Shown here: positions 55,015-64,000 of the stretch, one piece after another
Layout: the number at the start of each line of letters is the position of its first letter
How positions within the stretch are numbered: the stretch's first letter is position 1
NCBI GenBank assembly: GCA_965248535.1
Contig: CBDFJR010000002.1
Span: 832,001 to 896,000 of the forward strand
Reading direction: 5' to 3'
Origin: Phormidesmis sp.
Lineage (GTDB): Bacteria; Cyanobacteriota; Cyanobacteriia; Leptolyngbyales; Leptolyngbyaceae
Length of the DNA stretch: 64,000 nt
The notes under the pieces: generated by a model
Seen by the model: only the letters and a program-made list of their open reading frames with translations
What the model was told of the DNA's origin: nothing
The model's database searches: none
Made by a program: the position numbers and the translations under genes

Positions 55015-55377
55015 CTAACTGGCTTTCATCTCGTCTAAAATCATCAGACCGTGGGTTTCTACAGTCGAGGCACCTTGAACTGCCAAGGCCACGCTGACCA
55101 ACTGAGTTAAGAGTTGCCAGCTAGAAATTTGGCCTAAAAAAATGATCACTCTGCCGCGTTGAAGCACGCTCAGTTGAGCAATCTCACTAGCTTCAAACTG
55201 CTCTCTGAACGTTAACATCACCCGATTAGCCAACCCACTGTGATCATACTCACCGTTCAAACCCACTCGTTCAGGCGGAATCATTCTAGACAGAGCGATC
55301 GCTGCATAGGAAACGCTCTCTGTCGGTCGCTTTGATCGAGTCAAGTTTTGCGTTGATGGCTGCACCCAAGAGTTCAT
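55015..55377 (-). CDS. BON-like/phospholipid-binding hypothetical protein
   Basis: IPPERVGLNGEYDHSGLA motif followed by a BON-like segment. Confidence 0.65.
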   Translation of the reverse strand: MNSWVQPSTQNLTRSKRPTESVSYAAIALSRMIPPERVGLNGEYDHSGLANRVMLTFREQFEASEIAQLSVLQRGRVIIFLGQISSWQLLTQLVSVALAVQGASTVETHGLMILDEMKAS

Positions 55378-55602
55378 AGATTTCTGACAGTTTTGCAATA
55401 AAGGTTGGCGGAAGTAGTGTGTCTTATCTCATTTAAGATTTTGAAAAGAGTTTTCACAATCCATCCCAAGATAGAGGTTGATATATGTATCTGATGATAC
55501 GTCGCGCTTTCACGGTCAGGCTGATCTGCTAGCCTTTGCCTCATTTTTAGCAAATAGACTTCCTTAAAAGCTATCCCCTTTTGTGGTGAGGACAGGATCA
55601 AT

Positions 55603-57876
55603 CTACTGAACAACTTGCTTCATATAATTGCCCCAAAGTTGAGCCGCCTGCCCACTGTTGCCGCCCGTAGGGGCATTGTTGTCGTTGCCGAGCCAAACCC
55701 CAGTCACTAGCGATCGACTCGGCACATAGCCAATAAACCACAGATCCACGTTGTCATTGGTGGTGCCCGTCTTCCCAGCTTCGCCTAGCCCCAGAGCCGC
55801 ACTGCGCCCGGTGCCGCTTTGCACGACACCCTGCAAAAGCGTCGTCATGACATCAGCAACGGCTGGGTCAAGAACAGTTTCGCTTGCGCCTCCATCTTGC
55901 TGAGAGTCATAAATGACGCGGCAGGTGTTGAGGTTCTTACGATCGGGGCAGTCACTGCTGTCTAAAATGCGGCTAATGGTGTGGGGTCGAGTGCGAATGC
56001 CGCGATTGGCCAGCACTGCAAAGGCTCCCGTCATCTCTAAAGGCGTGACTTCGCTTTGACCGAGCACCAGCCCCGGCACCGGGTTTAACTTAGACTGAAT
56101 GCCCATTTTTTGAGCAGTCTCAGCAATTTTGCTTAAGCCCACTTCTTGAGCCACTCTTAGCGCAATCACGTTTTCTGACTGGGCTATCCCGGTGTATAAA
56201 TTCAAACTGCCGCTGCCAGCATGACATCCGGCATAATACTGTCCGCCCCAGTCTAACGGAGCACAGGAATAGGCTGTGCTGGGTGAAATGCCCTGAGCGA
56301 TCGCTGCCGTGTAGGTAAAGATTTTGAAGGTCGAACCGGGTTGACGATGGGCTTGGGTGACGCGGTTAAATTCGCTTTCTTGGTAGTCATAGCCGCCCAC
56401 CATTGAGCGAACTTCGCCCGTTTTGGCTTCGATCGTCACCAGCGATCCCTGAGAATATCCGGCGCTGGCTCCGTTGTTGGTGATCGCGTCTCGCAGACTG
56501 GTTTCGGCTTTGGCCTGCATTTGGGTGTCGAGTCCGGTTTGGACAATGAAGTTGCCTTCTTGGGCGAGTTGGTTGCCCAGCAGGTCTTCTAGCTCGTTAA
56601 ACACCTGACTGTAGTAGTAAGGCGCGATCGTGCTTTGCAATTCTTGTCGCGCTCTAGGGCTGATGTCGATGCGCGATCGCCGAGCGCGTTGAGCATCTTC
56701 TTGAGACACCGCGCCCTGTTCTGCCATGCGACTAATCACACGATCGCGATATTCGATCGCCGCTTTATAGTTTCGCACCGGGTTAAAACTGTTGGGAGCA
56801 GGCAAAATGCCAACCAAGGTGGCCGCTTCTGCGAGGCTCAACTGTTTAGCTGATTTGCCAAAATAGAACTGGGCCGCATCTTCAAAGCCATAGATACCGC
56901 TGCCTAAATAGACGCGGTTGAGATAGGTTCTCAGCAAAAACTCTTTGCTGTAGACCGTTTCGAGCTTGAGAGCCACGATCGCTTCTCGAATCTTGCGACC
57001 CGCCGAATCTTGACGACCAACATATTCACTCAGCAGGTTTCGGGCTAATTGTTGCGTGACCGTGCTGCCTCCCTCGCGGATTTCGCCGCCCCGAATGTTG
57101 GCGATCAGAGCGCGCAGAGTGCCGATCGGGTCTACGCCTAAATGCCAATAGTAGCGAGAATCTTCAGAGGCCATGATCGCTCGCGGCAAATAGGGCGAAA
57201 ACTCGCCTAGCTGCGGCAGTTCGGCGTGGGTTTGGGTGCGAGGCGTGCGCAGCGTTTGCCCTTCTCTCGAAAACACCACCACCGGGCCCTGCACCGACAC
57301 AGGCAGCGGGTAGACGCTAAATCGCTGCCACTCAAGCCCGATCGCCAACACCACGATCGCCGTCACCCCACTCACCCCAAACAGCCCATAGCGAATCGCC
57401 TGCGTATACCACGGACGCGGATCGACATACTGCAACCGCACAGCCGCCGCCAACTCTGGTGGGCCTAGCGACAGCACATCCCCGTCATAGAGCATGGTGG
57501 TTTTGAGTCGCCGCTTGCCCCGATAAACGCCATTAGTCGAGTCTTCATCCCTTAGCTCAAAGCGAGTTCGCCCTAAGAGCGTGGCAATTTTTTGCCGCCG
57601 ATGCCGATGTAGGGATAGATGCACCTGACTGACGACGGGATTGCGAACCACGATGTCACAGGATTTGGAACTGCGCCCCAGCAAATAGCGATCGCCCAAT
57701 AGGGGAAACTTATCGGCGGTGGTCGCGTCGGCTTCTTGCACTAAAAGCTCTGGCACCTTGGCGTTGGTTTTGAGCCGCAGCTTTGAAAAATTGATCTTAG
57801 TGAGGGTTTGCACCGCCTGGGTCAGGCTGCCCAAGAGGGTTTGTGATTTGCGGGGCGGAAGGGGCGGCTGGGTCAT
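55603..57876 (-). CDS. FHA-domain class A penicillin-binding protein
   Basis: GR..SQVH..STNG FHA, TM, EDSRY/GGSTVTQQ transglycosylase, STFK/SEN/KTG transpeptidase. Confidence 0.93.
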   Translation of the reverse strand: MTQPPLPPRKSQTLLGSLTQAVQTLTKINFSKLRLKTNAKVPELLVQEADATTADKFPLLGDRYLLGRSSKSCDIVVRNPVVSQVHLSLHRHRRQKIATLLGRTRFELRDEDSTNGVYRGKRRLKTTMLYDGDVLSLGPPELAAAVRLQYVDPRPWYTQAIRYGLFGVSGVTAIVVLAIGLEWQRFSVYPLPVSVQGPVVVFSREGQTLRTPRTQTHAELPQLGEFSPYLPRAIMASEDSRYYWHLGVDPIGTLRALIANIRGGEIREGGSTVTQQLARNLLSEYVGRQDSAGRKIREAIVALKLETVYSKEFLLRTYLNRVYLGSGIYGFEDAAQFYFGKSAKQLSLAEAATLVGILPAPNSFNPVRNYKAAIEYRDRVISRMAEQGAVSQEDAQRARRSRIDISPRARQELQSTIAPYYYSQVFNELEDLLGNQLAQEGNFIVQTGLDTQMQAKAETSLRDAITNNGASAGYSQGSLVTIEAKTGEVRSMVGGYDYQESEFNRVTQAHRQPGSTFKIFTYTAAIAQGISPSTAYSCAPLDWGGQYYAGCHAGSGSLNLYTGIAQSENVIALRVAQEVGLSKIAETAQKMGIQSKLNPVPGLVLGQSEVTPLEMTGAFAVLANRGIRTRPHTISRILDSSDCPDRKNLNTCRVIYDSQQDGGASETVLDPAVADVMTTLLQGVVQSGTGRSAALGLGEAGKTGTTNDNVDLWFIGYVPSRSLVTGVWLGNDNNAPTGGNSGQAAQLWGNYMKQVVQ

Positions 57877-58006
57877 GCGGGTCGAGGGCACAGGTTGCAA
57901 GAAATTAAGCGAATCTTAAGACCCATTCTAGTCAAGATCGAGATCGGGCGCGATCGTTCTAGAGAGGTCTTTTCTGCTTCACCGCGCCGCCCCTGAATTC
58001 CTGAAA

Positions 58007-58294
58007 TTATTTGTTGAAGGGATCGTGTTGGGTCAACATTTTTTCGATTTTGGCTTCATCGACTCTAGACACCAAGCGCTTTGATTCATGCACGTCGCGA
58101 GTGGTTTTAGCCAGGCTAAACGTTGACCCTACTGAGAACAAAAGGCCCATTCCCATGTATCCTTTAACCCAACTATCGGCCGGGAGATTGAGAATTCCAA
58201 ACGAGGTGGCTGAGACTGAAAGTAGAAATGAGACCCAGCCTTGAATGATCCAGGCAGTGGTGGGTGCGTCTTGACTAACCCCGTATTTCTTCAT
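58007..58294 (-). CDS. YiaA/YiaB-family inner membrane protein
   Basis: Two TM helices, KGYMGMG, LAKTTRDVHE; ATG at 58294. Confidence 0.85.
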   Translation of the reverse strand: MKKYGVSQDAPTTAWIIQGWVSFLLSVSATSFGILNLPADSWVKGYMGMGLLFSVGSTFSLAKTTRDVHESKRLVSRVDEAKIEKMLTQHDPFNK

Positions 58295-58506
58295 AACTTT
58301 ATCTGGGTAGAGGAGTAAGAATTGTGAACTACAAGCGCTGCGTCTGAGTCTCTCTAGACTAATTGAAGTGCCCCAAGAGACAGGGCCGAAAGAGGACACT
58401 ATTCCGGTCTGGCACGTTTCCGTCCTCATTCTCTCGGCACAAAATAGCTGCAAAAATAATGGGCAGGTTTGACGATCGCGGTTTTTTATGAAATCTTTTG
58501 ATCCCC

Positions 58507-58548
58507 GTAACGAGAGCTACTCAGATCCCTAACGGGGCTGATTAGACT
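58507..58548 (+). promoter_or_regulatory. Canonical NtcA-activated class II promoter
   Basis: GTA-ACGAGAGC-TAC, exactly 22 nt, then TAGACT (TAN3T). Confidence 0.7.
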
Positions 58549-58689
58549 AGTGGAACAGACCAGATACGTCCCTTGCTCAACCGTTTACCTGTAGGCAGAC
58601 CTGCCTTGACTGCCGACCCAATCGCGGTTTGGCTTTTGCCCGATCGCTGCATTTCTGCCCGTTAAGCTCAGAGTTTTCATAGATAACCC

Positions 58690-60039
58690 ATGGACAACAC
58701 ACCTGAAAAGCCACCCCAGCATCGCGTCGTAGTCATCGGCGGCGGCTTTGGCGGACTGTATGCTGCAAAGGCTCTCCGCCACGCCCCTGTCGAGGTCACT
58801 CTCATTGACAAGCGCAATTTCCATCTATTTCAACCGCTGCTCTATCAAGTGGCTACAGGAACGCTCTCTCCGGCTGATATTTCTTCGCCGCTGCGATCGA
58901 TTCTTAGCCGCAGCAAAAATACCAGTGTGCTGATGGAGGAAGTGGCGGACATCGATCCCGATCGCCAAATTGTCAACCTGCGTGAGCAAGCGTTGCCCTA
59001 TGACACCCTGATCGTGGCTACGGGGGTGAGCCATCACTACTTCGGCAACGAGCACTGGAAAGAAAACGCGCCAGGACTCAAAACTGTTGAAGATGCCCTA
59101 GAAATGCGTCGCCGTATCTTTATAGCCTTTGAAGCCGCCGAAAAGGAACTCGACCCCGAAAAGCGGAAAGCCTGGTTGACCTTTGTGGTGGTGGGAGGCG
59201 GCCCGACAGGGGTTGAGCTAGCAGGGGCGATCGCCGAACTAGCCTACAAGACTTTAAAAGAAGATTTCCGTAGCATCGACACCACCGAAACGCGGATCTT
59301 GCTGCTGGAGGGACTCGATCGCATCTTGCCGCCCTATGCACCTGAGTTGTCTGCCAAAGCCGAGGCAACGCTGACCGCTCGCGGAGTCACTGTGCAAACC
59401 AGCACCAAAGTCACCAATATCGCCGATCATGTCGTGACGATCGAGCGCCAAGGCGGGGTTGAGCAGATTGCGTCTCAAACGATTTTGTGGGCGGCGGGGG
59501 TGAAAGCTTCGGCCATGGGCGAAGTGTTAGCCAAACAGACGGGGGCAAGCCTTGACCGATCGGGGCGCGTCATCGTCGAGCCGGATCTGAGCCTGCCAAA
59601 TCACCCCAACATTTTTGTGATTGGCGATCTGGCGCACTTTGCCCATCAGGGTGAAAAACCGCTACCCGGAGTCGCTCCCGTCGCGATGCAGCAAGGCGAA
59701 TATGTAGCCAAACTGATTCAAAAACGCCTTAAGGACAAAGTGCTGCCCGCTTTTTCTTATTTTGAGGTGGGCAGTTTGGCGGTGATTGGGCAAAATGCGG
59801 CAGTCGTCGATCTAGGGTTCATCCGCTTTTCGGGCATCATTGCCTGGTTTGTGTGGGTGGTGGCTCACATCTATTATTTGATCGAGTTTGATAACAAGCT
59901 GATTGTGATGATTCAGTGGGGGTGGAATTATTTCACTCGCAATCGGGGCGCACGCCTGATCACCCATCGAGAGTCCGTAGGTTCGCCCGGCGAAGAGACG
60001 CGAGTTGCGGTAGACGAAAAGCAGCCAGTAGAGGTTTAG
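58690..60039 (+). CDS. Type II NAD(P)H dehydrogenase
   Basis: GGGFGG, FQPLLYQVATG, GGGPTGVE, IGD. Confidence 0.92.
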   Translation: MDNTPEKPPQHRVVVIGGGFGGLYAAKALRHAPVEVTLIDKRNFHLFQPLLYQVATGTLSPADISSPLRSILSRSKNTSVLMEEVADIDPDRQIVNLREQALPYDTLIVATGVSHHYFGNEHWKENAPGLKTVEDALEMRRRIFIAFEAAEKELDPEKRKAWLTFVVVGGGPTGVELAGAIAELAYKTLKEDFRSIDTTETRILLLEGLDRILPPYAPELSAKAEATLTARGVTVQTSTKVTNIADHVVTIERQGGVEQIASQTILWAAGVKASAMGEVLAKQTGASLDRSGRVIVEPDLSLPNHPNIFVIGDLAHFAHQGEKPLPGVAPVAMQQGEYVAKLIQKRLKDKVLPAFSYFEVGSLAVIGQNAAVVDLGFIRFSGIIAWFVWVVAHIYYLIEFDNKLIVMIQWGWNYFTRNRGARLITHRESVGSPGEETRVAVDEKQPVEV

Positions 60040-60075
60040 ATTCGGGCATTCCGTGGGGCATCTTGGGCGGTGCCC

Positions 60076-62916
60076 CTAAGGAGTGATCTTAAACATTTCG
60101 ACCGATTCTTGTAGCTCTTGGGCCACTTCTACGGTTTGGCGCAGCGCTCCAGAGACGCGACGCGACGATTCTGACGTGCGGGCAGAGACTTGGGTGACAT
60201 CTTTGATTAAGTCAGTCACCGATCGAGAGGTTTGCGCCTGCGAGACGGTGGCTTGAGAAATCGACTGCACCAGTGCATCAATTTGACGAGACACATGAAC
60301 CATGTGCATCAGGCTTTGTTTAGCATTTTTGACGGAGTGAGCGCCCTCAACGACCTGATGGGTTCCCTGACCCATGGCTTCGACGACCGATCGAGTTTCT
60401 TGCTGAATGGTTTCAACTAGGGCGGCGATCTCGCGAGTTGCTGCGCCCGATCGGGCCGCCAGTTCCCCAACTTCGCTAGCCACGATCGCAAAGCCGCGTC
60501 CATAGTCTCCGGCACGGGAGGCCTCAATGCTGGCGTTAATGGCTAGCAGATCGGTTTGCACAGCGATTTCATTAATCAACGACACGACTCTCGAAATTTG
60601 CTGTGACGCTTCGCCCAGTTGCTTAACTTTTTTGGCCGTTTGCTCGATCGTGGTTCTCAAATTCAGAATAATTTGCACGGTGGCATCCATTTCTAGCTCT
60701 CCCGTTTCGGCAGTGGTCGAGGCATTGCGGGCCACGATCGCCGCCTGATGAGCGCTGTCAGCGACGGCTTGAATCGAGACCGTCATTTGCTCGATCGAGT
60801 CGAGAATGTGCGTAGTTTCAGAGGCTTGCTTGAGGGCTTGGTCGGCTAACTGCTGCATATCGCCCTCGTTTGCCCCCAGCAGACTGTTAACCTGAAGCGT
60901 AGAGTGCTTCACCTTTTGGACGATTTGGCGCAGGCTTTCGACGATCGCGTTAAAGAAGTCTGCCACAGTGCCCATGTCTCCGTCCGACACGTCAGCCCGC
61001 ACGGTGAGATCGCCTCTGGTGGCCCCTTCGACTTCTGCCAAGAGCGCCAAAATTTGCTGTTGCAGCGATTCTTTGAGCGCTTCTGAGGTTTGCAGAGAGT
61101 CTTGTCTCTCTTGCATGAGATCTGCCTGATCGAGCGCATAGCCAATTTGAATGGCCAATTGCGCCAGAAAATCAGTTTCCCAAACCTGCCACTGACGCGG
61201 ACGCGCTTGATGAGCACACAGCAGCCCAATCACCCGATCGTGCTGCTTAAGCGGGACGGCAATCTCGGCTCTGGCATCCAACTGGTCTAAGACGGCTTGA
61301 TGATTTTCAGTCAGCGGGTCTTGGGTTGAATTTTCCACAGACCAAGTAGTCTGATTAGAGTAATAGTCAATTCGATCAAACCCCAGGGGATTTTGAATCT
61401 TTTTTTGAATCGATTTTGTGTAGCCTGGCACGATCGCTTCTGCAATCACAACTCCATTCATCAAATCATCTTCAAACCGATAAACGAGGACTCGATCAAC
61501 TCTAAGAAACTCGCGGCTTTCATGAGCAGCAGTTTGCAAAATGGTGGTGGCATTCAAAGAACGACGCATTCGCACGGTGATGTCGGTCAAGCCTCTCGCT
61601 TCTTTAGCCTGCAACTCTTGACAAGCCGCTTCATCGGCCAGAGCCGACTCACTGAGATTAATGCTCTCAGCCATGCGATTAAATGCGATCGCCAATTGCC
61701 CGACTTCATCTTGTGAAAACACCTCAGCCCGCACTAGGCGATCGCCCTGGGCAAACTCTTGGGTCGCTTGTTCTAAATGCTGAATGGGCCTTAGAATCGC
61801 CTGGCGGAAGATAGCGCTCCAAGTCGCAATCACGGCTAGCGACAGCATTAAGACAATAATCTCTTGCTGAAAACTAGTAGAGAGAAGACTGTTGAGGGCG
61901 TTTTCTGGAGTGCCTCGCACTAAGATGGCGGTGGGCTGAGTGTAGACCGGAACCGACCCTTCAGGCGTTTCTAAGACCCGGTTAGGCATCGCTTGAGCCG
62001 CGATCGTATAAGCCTGATCCCCGATGGTTAGGCGCTGGGTGACGGCTTCTCCTTTGGCATTGGCGGCGGTCTCTAGCAGCGTGGTGTTGGGCAGAGCAAT
62101 ATTGGGCTGTGCCTGCTTAAACTCAACGCCTTGAGGTTGGTTGAGAGCGGTCGCTAAGGAAAACTCTCCGGTCGGGTGACGCAGATAAATAGCGCTATAT
62201 CCGCCCGCAAACGATTTGAGCGTGCCTTCGACGATCGGGAGTTTGCCATTCACCACATCGCCGAAGATCAGCACCCCGATCGCTTCTTGATTGTCAGGGT
62301 TTTTGATCGGCGTGACAACATAGCGAATCAGCGCGTCTTGTTTGTTAAATTCTTGCGGCAGGGGCGGGTTTTCTCTAGCCAGTTCGTCAGCTTTGACCAC
62401 TTCGCTGGCTTTGATCTGCCGGACTTCTTGCAGCGATTGTTTAATGATCTCAACTAAGGCTGGAGAGGTGATCGTCTCGCCCGATCGATTAGCGTTAGCA
62501 TTAGCAATTATTTTGAAGTCTTTGCCCACTAGAGTTGCATATTCTATCTTTCGAGCTTTAACTTCATTTTGCAGGGTTTGTTTAACTTGGGATTGCAAAT
62601 CTGCGGCTAGCCGTTGCTGTTGCTGATGAATTTTAACCGCGTTGACGATTTGAATATTGTCAGACTGACCTCTCGAACCAAATCCCATTTGATTCACTTT
62701 AATGTTGTAGTTGGTTTCAGTTACGGCCACTTCTGATTTTGCTTGGGCTAATAGCTGAGTTCTTAAACTATTGGTTAACACAACGGTTGAGCCGATCCCC
62801 AAGCCTAAGAGGGGCACTAGCTCACAGATGATCATGGCGAAGGTTTGTTTGCGCCCGATCGGAGCATCATAAAACCATCGCAAAAGGGCAGGTCGATGTT
62901 TTGAAGCCAGAGTCAT
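60076..62916 (-). CDS. Methyl-accepting chemotaxis protein (periplasmic sensor-HAMP-GAF-MA)
   Basis: Two TM segments, [34 protein letters not shown]. Confidence 0.93.
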   Translation of the reverse strand: MTLASKHRPALLRWFYDAPIGRKQTFAMIICELVPLLGLGIGSTVVLTNSLRTQLLAQAKSEVAVTETNYNIKVNQMGFGSRGQSDNIQIVNAVKIHQQQQRLAADLQSQVKQTLQNEVKARKIEYATLVGKDFKIIANANANRSGETITSPALVEIIKQSLQEVRQIKASEVVKADELARENPPLPQEFNKQDALIRYVVTPIKNPDNQEAIGVLIFGDVVNGKLPIVEGTLKSFAGGYSAIYLRHPTGEFSLATALNQPQGVEFKQAQPNIALPNTTLLETAANAKGEAVTQRLTIGDQAYTIAAQAMPNRVLETPEGSVPVYTQPTAILVRGTPENALNSLLSTSFQQEIIVLMLSLAVIATWSAIFRQAILRPIQHLEQATQEFAQGDRLVRAEVFSQDEVGQLAIAFNRMAESINLSESALADEAACQELQAKEARGLTDITVRMRRSLNATTILQTAAHESREFLRVDRVLVYRFEDDLMNGVVIAEAIVPGYTKSIQKKIQNPLGFDRIDYYSNQTTWSVENSTQDPLTENHQAVLDQLDARAEIAVPLKQHDRVIGLLCAHQARPRQWQVWETDFLAQLAIQIGYALDQADLMQERQDSLQTSEALKESLQQQILALLAEVEGATRGDLTVRADVSDGDMGTVADFFNAIVESLRQIVQKVKHSTLQVNSLLGANEGDMQQLADQALKQASETTHILDSIEQMTVSIQAVADSAHQAAIVARNASTTAETGELEMDATVQIILNLRTTIEQTAKKVKQLGEASQQISRVVSLINEIAVQTDLLAINASIEASRAGDYGRGFAIVASEVGELAARSGAATREIAALVETIQQETRSVVEAMGQGTHQVVEGAHSVKNAKQSLMHMVHVSRQIDALVQSISQATVSQAQTSRSVTDLIKDVTQVSARTSESSRRVSGALRQTVEVAQELQESVEMFKITP

Positions 62917-62940
62917 AGCGATTAAAAAGGGTAGGGTAAA

Positions 62941-63999
62941 TTAAACGGGGGCGGGCGAATTCACCAGTTGCTCTAAAGTTCGCAGTAACACCTGCTCGTT
63001 ATAAGGTTTTGAAAAGTAAGCATTTGCACCCAGGCTCATCGCTAATTGACGGTGCTTTTCACTAGTGCGAGACGACAACATCGCGATCGGCAACCGCTCT
63101 AGATCAGGATTGGCCTTGAGTTTTGCCAAGAGACCATAGCCGTCTAGACGCGGCATTTCAATATCACAGACGATCGCCTGCACCGAGGAGCCAGTTTCTA
63201 AGCGATCGAGGGCATCTTGTCCATCTTTGGCTTGCTCGACTCGATAGCCTGCCCGTTCTAGCGTCAGGGCTAAAAAGCGCCGGACGTTAATAGAGTCATC
63301 AACCACCAAGATTGTAGCGGGTTGATTGCCCATCGCCGCCGATAAAAACGAGGTGGGAGTCGTTTCGAGGGACGGAAGACTGGGGATGGATGGCTCCGTG
63401 CGCCCATAGCTGGCGATCCAGCGCAGCAGTTCTGAGAGGTTGACCAGCGGCACAACGCGCCCGTTGCCCAAAATTGTGCAGCTACTAAACCCAGGCGGCA
63501 GGGGCAGGGTGCCATCGACGCGGCGAATGGTGGCTTCTTGCTCACCCCAGCAGCGATCGATTTGCAGCCCGACTCGCTGACTGCTGTGATTGGCAATGAT
63601 CACGCTCGTCGAGGTGATGGTGGGGGGCGTTTCAAACCCGTGGGGCTGGCGCGGACAGTTGAACTTGAGCCATTGCTGGAGCCGCACAAACTGCAAGATC
63701 TGACCGTGCCAGTTGAGCACTTCACTGCCTGCGGTGTGCAAGATTTGCTCTGGCTTGAGCAGCGACATTTCTTCAATCACTTCTGTCGGAAAGGCCAGCA
63801 GCATTCCGTTGCTTTCGACCAGCAAGACGCGCACGGTGGAGAGGGTGAAGGGCATCGAAAGCGTGAAGGTTGTGCCCAGACCTGCCTGGGTGTTGACCTT
63901 GATTTCGCCGCGAATTTGCTTGAGATTATTTCTCACGACATCCATGCCGACTCCGCGACCCGAAAGCGTTGTCACCTGATCGCTGGTGCTAAATCCGGG
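62941..63999 (-). CDS. cheA: CheA-like hybrid kinase, C-terminal part (HATPase end-CheW-REC)
   Basis: Open to the window edge; PGFST..SGRGVGMDVV, CheW-like domain, VVDD/DIEMP receiver. Confidence 0.93.
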   Translation of the reverse strand, partial: PGFSTSDQVTTLSGRGVGMDVVRNNLKQIRGEIKVNTQAGLGTTFTLSMPFTLSTVRVLLVESNGMLLAFPTEVIEEMSLLKPEQILHTAGSEVLNWHGQILQFVRLQQWLKFNCPRQPHGFETPPTITSTSVIIANHSSQRVGLQIDRCWGEQEATIRRVDGTLPLPPGFSSCTILGNGRVVPLVNLSELLRWIASYGRTEPSIPSLPSLETTPTSFLSAAMGNQPATILVVDDSINVRRFLALTLERAGYRVEQAKDGQDALDRLETGSSVQAIVCDIEMPRLDGYGLLAKLKANPDLERLPIAMLSSRTSEKHRQLAMSLGANAYFSKPYNEQVLLRTLEQLVNSPAPV

Positions 64000-64000
64000 T

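Noticed and set aside
58007..58453. 148-aa N-terminally extended YiaAB ORF
   Set aside because: The extension from a TTG start is not protein-like; ATG at 58294 gives a typical 95-aa YiaAB protein

Overview
Cyanobacterial chromosomal window: dense HIP1 (GCGATCGC) octamers, cyanobacterial gene families, and roughly balanced GC by eye, which suggests a Leptolyngbya-like non-heterocystous filament (inference, not proven). It is mostly housekeeping (cbiD, leuC, shc/hpnB, nadK, serA, prmA, acsA, alaS, murBC, ileS, ycf66, accB, efp, thiL, lipB, NDH-2) plus large signalling genes (HstK-type Ser/Thr+His kinase, PAS/GAF/GGDEF/EAL, MCP, CheA end). Highlights: (1) a three-copy tandem array at 18.0-18.45 kb in which each unit is a 49-nt minus-strand RNA starting GGUAGAUGCACCCUGA with its own terminator and a DIF1-type (T/C)CCGGA -35 element, i.e. 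an NsiR1-like sRNA array with no hetF nearby; (2) an integron attC-like site between toxin-antitoxin-style cassettes with no integrase in the window; (3) an unannotated 34-aa Cys/His-tailed membrane peptide behind a MerR-like operator; (4) a canonical NtcA class II promoter before NDH-2; (5) a MITE that duplicated the alaS stop codon; (6) candidate structured leaders before yiaAB and serA. Frameshifts in acsA, the CYP38-like gene, hpnB and thiL look like long-read indel errors. No searches were run; family calls come from motif recognition.
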